A stretch of 38,816 nucleotides of DNA from Octopus bimaculoides (Eukaryota): contig NC_068982.1 of assembly GCF_001194135.2 (NCBI RefSeq), forward strand, positions 179,376,062 through 179,414,877. Reading direction: 5' to 3'. Under the pieces are notes generated by a model, which was not told where the DNA came from, did no database searches, and saw only the letters and a program-made list of their open reading frames with translations. The stretch's first letter is position 1. Each line of letters starts with the position of its first letter. The translations under genes and the position numbers were made by a program. Shown here one piece after another: positions 36,603 through 38,816 of the stretch.

Positions 36603-36676
36603 TAGCCATGATAAAACTCCGAGTTTCGGATGCCGGGGTGGGAACCCACGCCAACATCTCTTCAGTTATCCGGCCA
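36603..36676 (-). ncRNA. Type I hammerhead ribozyme with long stems I and II
   Basis: Minus-strand RNA: UGGCCGGAUAA CUGAAGA GAUG UUGG C GUGG GUUC CCAC C CCGG CAUC C GAAA CUCGGAGU U UUAUC A UGGCUA. Stem I ~11 bp with one bulge, stem II ~12 bp, stem III ACUC-G-GAGU near-palindrome, GUU triplet with predicted cut between 36615 and 36614. Confidence 0.8.
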
Positions 36677-36899
36677 TTGAAAATTCCTGTGAAACATGAC
36701 CTTTTTATATTATATTATATATATTATCATTTGTTATAAAAAAAATTTTCTTTTCTTGTCTTGTTATGTATATGAAATTACTAGGAGTGGATTCTTAGTC
36801 CCTTTGCTCCTGTCCCTTTTAGTCGCGTCTTATGTCACGCAAGGAATGCAGCAACTGCATTCTACCGCACTTCCCTCAGTTGCAGTGGGGTTTGCTAGT

Positions 36900-36970
36900 T
36901 AACCCATAGCTGGGACCCTTACAGGTGCTACCACTCCGGGCCAGAGTAGACCTGGGAACAATAGTGGTAG
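36900..36970 (+). mobile_element. Fragment of an interspersed repeat (probable SINE)
   Basis: aacccatagctgggacccttacaggtgctaccactccgggccagagtagacctggg recalled as part of a common interspersed repeat. Single copy here. Confidence 0.4.
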
Positions 36971-37117
36971 GCAGTAGAACCAGAGGCCTGTCTCTCTGAC
37001 TTCACAGCAAGTCATTAATCGCATTCCAGCAATGGTAAACACAAATGCAATACCAACTATTCTGTCTACATATACAGATTTAACGCAAACTAGTGCAATA
37101 CACAATACAACGACCAA

Positions 37118-37174
37118 ATACACACACACACACTCACACACGCACACACACACACACACTCACACACACACACA

Positions 37175-37208
<34 letters not shown>
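37118..37208. repeat. (CA)n microsatellite
   Basis: Directly visible simple repeat. Confidence 0.95.
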
Positions 37209-37211
<3 letters not shown>

Positions 37212-38816
37212 TTCGCAACCTAAATAGAAGACATGATACGTCACTATCTAAACAGATATGGACATTAAACTTAAAAATTCTATGCTTAGATATAACTGGA
37301 AAATACTCTCACATGCACAACCATACCAAGATGACAATAAATCCTACCAACTTTGTACAAATGACCAGATTTTCACATTCGAGAACCAAATTCTGAACCG
37401 AAACTCTGAATTAATCTCTTCATGCTAGCACATGACATATTAAATTAATAGTTGTAATTTCTGACCGCTAAACATGTAAATATATCACAACCTTCTCACC
37501 TTTCACCTTCACCATAAACTATTCTCATAAGATAAATAAAAAAGCAATTTTACAGCTTTGCATTAAACAAGTACTGTAAAAAGTATCTAAAGTAGCCTAA
37601 TCTCCAAGCAAAATGTCCACAAAAGACTTTCTAACATAAATGCACGAACCTACACACACTCACACATAAATATATATTTGTATGCAAGCATACTTCAAGA
37701 TACTTTTCTATTCTACTGTTTCTTTTTAAATTTAAAAACAAAGGTTTAGTATTAAATCAAATTTTATAAATTGGATTTTCTTTTTACTCCTATTTTCATG
37801 TATGAGTAAATACACACTTTTTATAATGCCTCACTTTCGCATATATCCATAGTCCTAAAGTAATATATTATTTAATACTCACGTTTAAAACAGAATTGAA
37901 AGTTTATAAATACATAGCCCACAAACTCTGCCTCCATAAAATAAAAATAAAGCTTAAAATTTCTACATATTAATTAAATTGCTTATTGGACTATGAAGCC
38001 CTAGAGAGAAATATACTGACCAACAATCATTACACCTACCAACATCCCGTTTTGAACATCAAATCGGAAGATAAACAAATTTCTATGCAAATAACACCAT
38101 GGCATGCACGACGAATAACCTCTACCTACCAAATAAAAACAGGAAATATCCTAAAGAGCATCAACAAGTAAAGGACCGTAATAATCAGCTAAAACATACC
38201 ACCTACTTACATTTAATATGACCCCTTTAAAATTCCATTGCTGCACACCTAATTATTAAGTTACTGAATAGTGGACTAAACTTTGAACTTTGACCATAAC
38301 ATTGTCAAAGCAAAGAATTACATCTCAAAATAACTTAAACTAATACCACATCCGTTGAACAAAAGGACCCTCTACATACATACATCGTTTATCTGAACCA
38401 CTAAAAAACAATCTCATGACCTGAAGCAGATACACCTAAATATACACACCTGTTTACAAAGCTTTACACGCATCAATAAATTCTGAACAATAATCCCAAA
38501 TTTAATCAATAAAAATTTCTCCACATTACCTCTCTATCACAACTACCTGACAACCTAATTACCATTCAACTGAAGTCTACACAAGAAGACTAATTTTATT
38601 TCAATAGAGACTATATAAAACTAATATTGGCTTAGATGCACCACAGTCCCATGATAGCTTAGCTGACTGAAACCTCGAAGTAACTATTCTTGTTAAATTA
38701 TGATAAATGTGTACTTCACAAAATTTGGAGTAACCCTTCAAATTAAAGTAAAATTGTTTTTATTATAAACGAACATAAAAACAAAAGTTAATATATGTGC
38801 ATGTATGTGTGTGTGT

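Overview
AT-rich, microsatellite-dense eukaryotic DNA with 11 N-gaps. The SINE families and repeat landscape look like an octopus (coleoid cephalopod) genome; this is inferred from recalled repeat sequences, not a search. I recognise no host protein-coding gene: the long ORFs in the track are microsatellite or N-gap artefacts, or transposon remnants. The window is a transposon graveyard. It holds a frameshifted Helitron (Pif1 helicase half plus an intact hairpin-CTAG 3' end), a 1.2-kb Hsmar1-like mariner with TIRs and TA TSDs nested in a SINE, a 486-bp MITE, four R4/Dong-like LINE fragments, RTE fragments and many copies of two tRNA-like SINE families. The most notable hidden signal is a set of type I hammerhead ribozyme folds found by hand: four good ones (1353-1408 +, 11599-11660 +, 36193-36278 +, 36603-36676 -) and one degenerate (865-908 +). 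They are unrelated in sequence outside the core but share a short palindromic or near-palindromic stem III, the design known from Penelope-like elements and retrozymes. Other oddities: a 21-bp near-perfect hairpin of pre-miRNA size, a ~69-bp degenerate tandem array, and an (ATT)n tract that collected several co-oriented SINEs plus a Dong-like 3' end.
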